Shown here in pieces: positions 54,516 to 57,791 of a stretch of DNA of 57,791 nt (positions are counted from its first letter, which is position 1; each line of letters begins with the position of its first letter). This DNA is from a virus (Duplodnaviria > Caudoviricetes), in the IMG/VR virus record IMGVR_UViG_3300032116_019333, positions 1 to 57,791 of that record, one strand, 5' to 3'. The notes under the pieces are model-generated. The model made no database searches, had not been told where the DNA came from, and worked only from the letters and a program-made list of their open reading frames with translations. Both the position numbers and the translations under genes were made by a program.

Positions 54516-56332
54516 ACGCGCTCAGAAAAATCTGGCGTGAGGCTTGGCAACCACCTGACCGACGCCCCGCTTGGCAATGGTGTGAGGATCACATCGAAGC
54601 CATCCCGTATTCGCCCAACCCGGGACGCTTCCGTTCGGAGAACTCCCCGTGGATTCGCGAGGTCATGGAGGCGCTTGTCGATCCACGCGTCCGACTCGTT
54701 TCAATCATCGCATCCGTTCAGTCCTCCAAGACCACCGCGCCAGAACTCACGCTCTGCTACATCATCTCCAACCTGCCAGGGCCTGCGCTATGGCTCGACC
54801 AGACAGACGAGGACGCACGCGACTATTCCGAGTCACGCCTGCAAAAGCTTTTCGATCAATGCGAACCGGTCGCACGGTTGATGCCCACCGGTATCCATCG
54901 CCACAAACGCAAAAACAACGCGATCCAGTTTACCAATGGGATGACGCTTTGGATTCTCGGAGCGCACAACAAGACCAACCTGCAACGCCGTTCGATCCGC
55001 TGGTTAATCGGAGACGAAACGTGGCGCTGGCCGCAGGGGCACATGGCGGAGGCCGAGGCTCGCGTCACCGCATTCGGCTGGCTCGGTAAATGCATCTTCA
55101 TGAGTCAAGGCGGCGAGGAGGATGACGATACCCACCGCAAGTTCGAGGCGACCGACCAACGCGAATGGACTTTCGCGTGCTCTCAGTGCGGCCACCGCCA
55201 GCCATTCAAGTGGGAATGCGTCGAGTGGAGCAAATCGGCCCGGGACGAAACCGGAGAGTGGGATTTTGACGAGGTTCGGCGCACCACTGCTTTACGATGC
55301 GAGTCGTGTAACCATTATTTCAACGACAGCGACCGCATGAGGCGCGAACTCAACGCCACCGGGCAGTTCATCAAGAAGAACCCCAAGGCATCGGCGGAAA
55401 ATGTCGGATTCCACTGGAACGCCCTGTGCGCGATGAGCTGGGGACAACTCGCCGAACTCTACCTGCGGGCAAAGGCGGCGGCGAGGAAGGGGGATGTCTC
55501 GCTGCTCCAACAGTTCTATCAGAAGCGGCTCGGTCTGCCGTGGCGCGAATACGTCGAAGATTACAAACTGGAGATTGTAAAATCCGGCTACAAGCGCGGC
55601 GAGACATGGGAGGAAGAGGGCGCGATTGATCCAAAGTCCGGCAAAATCCTCGCCGCTCCGTTGCCCGAGCGCACCGGACTGATCCCGCTTCGCTTCATCA
55701 CCGTGGACTGCCAGATGGATCACCTCTTCGTGGTGGTCCGGTCGTGGTCGGCGGAAGGATCAAGCCGACTGGTATGGAACGAGCGCATTCTCACTTTCAC
55801 CGACATTGACGTGATTCAGGAACGCTTCGGCGTGCATTCAAGTCTCGTGTTTCTCGACGCCGGCTATGCGACCTATGACGTTTATCGCGAGTGCGCCAAG
55901 CGTGGCTGGGTGGCGCTGATCGGCGACCGTCGCCCAGTCTATGCCCACAAGGGGCGTGACGGCAAAACCATCCAGCGGTTCTACTCGCCGAGGCGCAAGG
56001 TCGTGCTCTCGCATCGCCAGCACTGCCACGTCCACTACTGGAGCAACCTCAACATCAAGGACACACTCGCCCGCCTTCGCCGCAATCAAGACCCGTCTCA
56101 GGGGCCGACGTGGGAAGTGCCGGACGACATCGACGACGACTATCTCGCCCAGATGGAAAGCGAGCATCGCATCAAGGAAAAGGGACAGTGGATGTGGAAG
56201 CAGATCGGCTCTCGACCGAACCACTACCTCGACTGCGAGGCGGAACAAGCCGCTGCCGCGACCATGCTCAAGATCGTTGGGCGGGAGTCCATTTCTGCCG
56301 CCCCGGTTGACACTCCGGACGGAGAGCAATGA
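54512..56332 (+). CDS. Terminase large subunit (lambda gpA family)
   Basis: PWIREVM, ASVQSSKT, LIGDE, CxxC zinc pairs, TVDCQ, FLDAGY, NHYLDC. Confidence 0.92.
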   Translation: MNALRKIWREAWQPPDRRPAWQWCEDHIEAIPYSPNPGRFRSENSPWIREVMEALVDPRVRLVSIIASVQSSKTTAPELTLCYIISNLPGPALWLDQTDEDARDYSESRLQKLFDQCEPVARLMPTGIHRHKRKNNAIQFTNGMTLWILGAHNKTNLQRRSIRWLIGDETWRWPQGHMAEAEARVTAFGWLGKCIFMSQGGEEDDDTHRKFEATDQREWTFACSQCGHRQPFKWECVEWSKSARDETGEWDFDEVRRTTALRCESCNHYFNDSDRMRRELNATGQFIKKNPKASAENVGFHWNALCAMSWGQLAELYLRAKAAARKGDVSLLQQFYQKRLGLPWREYVEDYKLEIVKSGYKRGETWEEEGAIDPKSGKILAAPLPERTGLIPLRFITVDCQMDHLFVVVRSWSAEGSSRLVWNERILTFTDIDVIQERFGVHSSLVFLDAGYATYDVYRECAKRGWVALIGDRRPVYAHKGRDGKTIQRFYSPRRKVVLSHRQHCHVHYWSNLNIKDTLARLRRNQDPSQGPTWEVPDDIDDDYLAQMESEHRIKEKGQWMWKQIGSRPNHYLDCEAEQAAAATMLKIVGRESISAAPVDTPDGEQ

Positions 56333-56706
56333 AAACCGTCACTATCCTTCGCTTCCTCACCTTTCTTGGATCAGGTCTCACCGCATTGGCTGCTGCAGAC
56401 CTCAGTGGCATCGCCAACCTCCTGGATCAGGAAAAGGCTCAATATCTACTCATCGCTGGGCCGGCCGCGCTTGCCCTAAAGGAACTGGTCGTCGTGCTCG
56501 GCGATCTCTTCGACGACGGCAAGCCGAACAAATCCTTCAAGATCGGCTTGTTCTGCTTCGCTATGGCGATTCTCACGCTGCCGTTTCTCTCGTCTTGCTC
56601 CACTTCGCCCGCTGTTACTGGTGAGTTCAACAGCAAGGACGGCAAAATCACAGTCCACCCCGACGGACGCGTTGAGATCGTTGTAGAACCCATCACCTCT
56701 AAGTAA
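56329..56706 (+). CDS. Holin-like membrane protein with internal lipobox
   Basis: Three hydrophobic segments; FLSS-C followed by STSPAVTG; upstream of endolysin. Confidence 0.5.
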   Translation: MKTVTILRFLTFLGSGLTALAAADLSGIANLLDQEKAQYLLIAGPAALALKELVVVLGDLFDDGKPNKSFKIGLFCFAMAILTLPFLSSCSTSPAVTGEFNSKDGKITVHPDGRVEIVVEPITSK

Positions 56707-56709
56707 GTC

Positions 56710-57150
56710 ATGGCCACCGAATCGTTCATCGAGTGGTTCGCCACACAGAAGTTCCGCCACTTTAGCGCGGTAGAGTTCACCGACTATTTTACCAGCGAGC
56801 GCAAGGGCGTTAAAAACAGCCCACCTCCAAAGCGGCTGTGGAGAAATATCATTTCGACGCTACGCATCGCTGACGAACTCCGCGCCTCGTTTGGCAAACC
56901 ATGCCGTATTTTGAGTTCCTACCGTTCGCCCGCATACAACCGCGTGGTTGGTGGGGGAGTGATGAGTCAGCACCTTGATTTCACTGCTCTCGACATCGCC
57001 GTCGATGGTATTCCGGCGCGTCGCGTTTACGAGCGCCTGCTTCAGTGGCGCAAAGAAGGCAAATTCACGGGCGGCCTAGGTTACTACCCATCTTCCGGCT
57101 TCGTCCACATCGATACTCGTCCCCGCAACGCAACCTGGTGGGGTTCCTAA
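56710..57150 (+). CDS. Peptidase M15 endolysin
   Basis: SSYRSPAYN, SQHL..TALDI, GLGYY, FVHIDTR. Confidence 0.85.
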   Translation: MATESFIEWFATQKFRHFSAVEFTDYFTSERKGVKNSPPPKRLWRNIISTLRIADELRASFGKPCRILSSYRSPAYNRVVGGGVMSQHLDFTALDIAVDGIPARRVYERLLQWRKEGKFTGGLGYYPSSGFVHIDTRPRNATWWGS

Positions 57151-57161
57151 TCGCTAACGAC

Positions 57162-57422
57162 ATGGCACGCGGACTCTTCATCACCGGCTTCACAATTTCC
57201 GAGGTTCTGGCCATCCAAAGCAGAGCAAAGGAACTGCTATTGGAAGGCAAGACGATCATGAACTGGAACGATGCGGAAACATCCACCGCCAAGCAGTTCA
57301 CCATGCCAATCGATCAGGTCCTTGATGAATGCGGCCATGCACTGCGGGTGCTTGATCCCGTCACGTATGGACGCCCGCGCATCGTCGCCACTTCCCGTGT
57401 TTCCGGATACCTACCGAAATGA
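57162..57422 (+). CDS. gpW-like head completion protein
   Basis: 86-aa ORF immediately before the lambda-type portal. Confidence 0.5.
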   Translation: MARGLFITGFTISEVLAIQSRAKELLLEGKTIMNWNDAETSTAKQFTMPIDQVLDECGHALRVLDPVTYGRPRIVATSRVSGYLPK

Positions 57423-57791
57423 ACCGCCTGAGATCCATCGCCTGCCTTCTACTTCCCCCCGTGCTTGTTCCGAAAGCATGGGGTTCGCCGTTTGAGGCGG
57501 CCAACTGGTCGCCGCGTCGTGGATCGGTGCCGGGAGCCGCTCCGACTGATGCCCGGCAGGAACTCACGCCTTCGGTGCGCACCGAACTCGTCCGTAAATC
57601 ACGCTACCTTCATAAGAACTCTGGTTTCGTGAGGGAATTGGTCGCCAATATGGCGATCTACTCGACCGGAGACGGGATCCGTGTCCAGGCGCAGTCAGCC
57701 GATCCGGAGTGGAACCGATTGGCCGAAACATACTTCGCCATGTGGTCATCCCGCTGTGAAGTGACACGGCGTTTCTCCTTCGAGGAATGCA
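57419..57791 (+). CDS. Lambda-family portal protein, N-terminal part (continues into 1..1215)
   Basis: ATG 57419 overlaps the upstream stop; MNRLRSIACL...VRKSRYLHKNSGFVRELVANMAIYSTGDG; 82 codons bring it in frame to base 1. Confidence 0.85.
   Translation, partial: MNRLRSIACLLLPPVLVPKAWGSPFEAANWSPRRGSVPGAAPTDARQELTPSVRTELVRKSRYLHKNSGFVRELVANMAIYSTGDGIRVQAQSADPEWNRLAETYFAMWSSRCEVTRRFSFEEC
57665..57790 (+). repeat. Terminal overlap, copy 2
   Basis: Identical to 1-126. Confidence 0.95.

Larger units (their letters stand above)
1..57791. mobile_element. Complete circular temperate phage genome (about 57.66 kb, excised/attP form)
   Basis: 126-bp end overlap; full head, tail, lysis, replication, integrase and terminase modules; portal ORF continuous across the junction. 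Confidence 0.93.

Noticed and set aside
57665-57791. 126-bp terminal direct repeat as biological genome ends
   Set aside because: It falls in the middle of the portal gene and its length fits an assembler k-mer overlap. It shows circularity, not virion termini.

Overview
The window is a complete, circularly permuted temperate tailed-phage genome (siphovirus-like) of about 57,664 bp. Bases 1-126 recur at 57665-57790, and the portal gene reads in frame across that junction. The host is not determinable from sequence alone. The integrase type and the mostly Shine-Dalgarno-free, C/A-rich leaders resemble Verrucomicrobiota/PVC phages, which is inference. Modules in order: lambda-type portal, S49 protease with nested scaffold, capsid, tail with a -1 frameshift, three signal-peptide proteins, a ShosTA-like HAD-PRTase/DprA pair, xis/int/attP, a DUF499-DUF3780-DUF1156-PLD/SNF2 restriction-like defence operon, and a leftward ABC-ATPase/HEAT-histidine kinase/response regulator operon. 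These are followed by a sigma-like gene, a PolA replication module with an iteron origin, an atypical tRNA-fMet-like gene, an amidoligase/small-ORF early island, a ParB/MTase/HAD/CmoA cluster, terminase and lysis genes. The most interesting observations are five. (1) A terminase-linked ParB-methyltransferase plus carboxy-SAM synthase cluster, a candidate DNA carboxymethylation system. (2) An ATPase-kinase-regulator operon with repeated operators sitting where a CI/Cro switch would be, with no CI found. (3) A GTTGAC(A) motif 19-25 nt before 15 start codons, with no room for a -10 box. (4) A second bipartite promoter family, one copy of which reads through attP into int. (5) A tRNA with a minimal D-arm. 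All protein calls come from motifs read by eye; no database searches were run.
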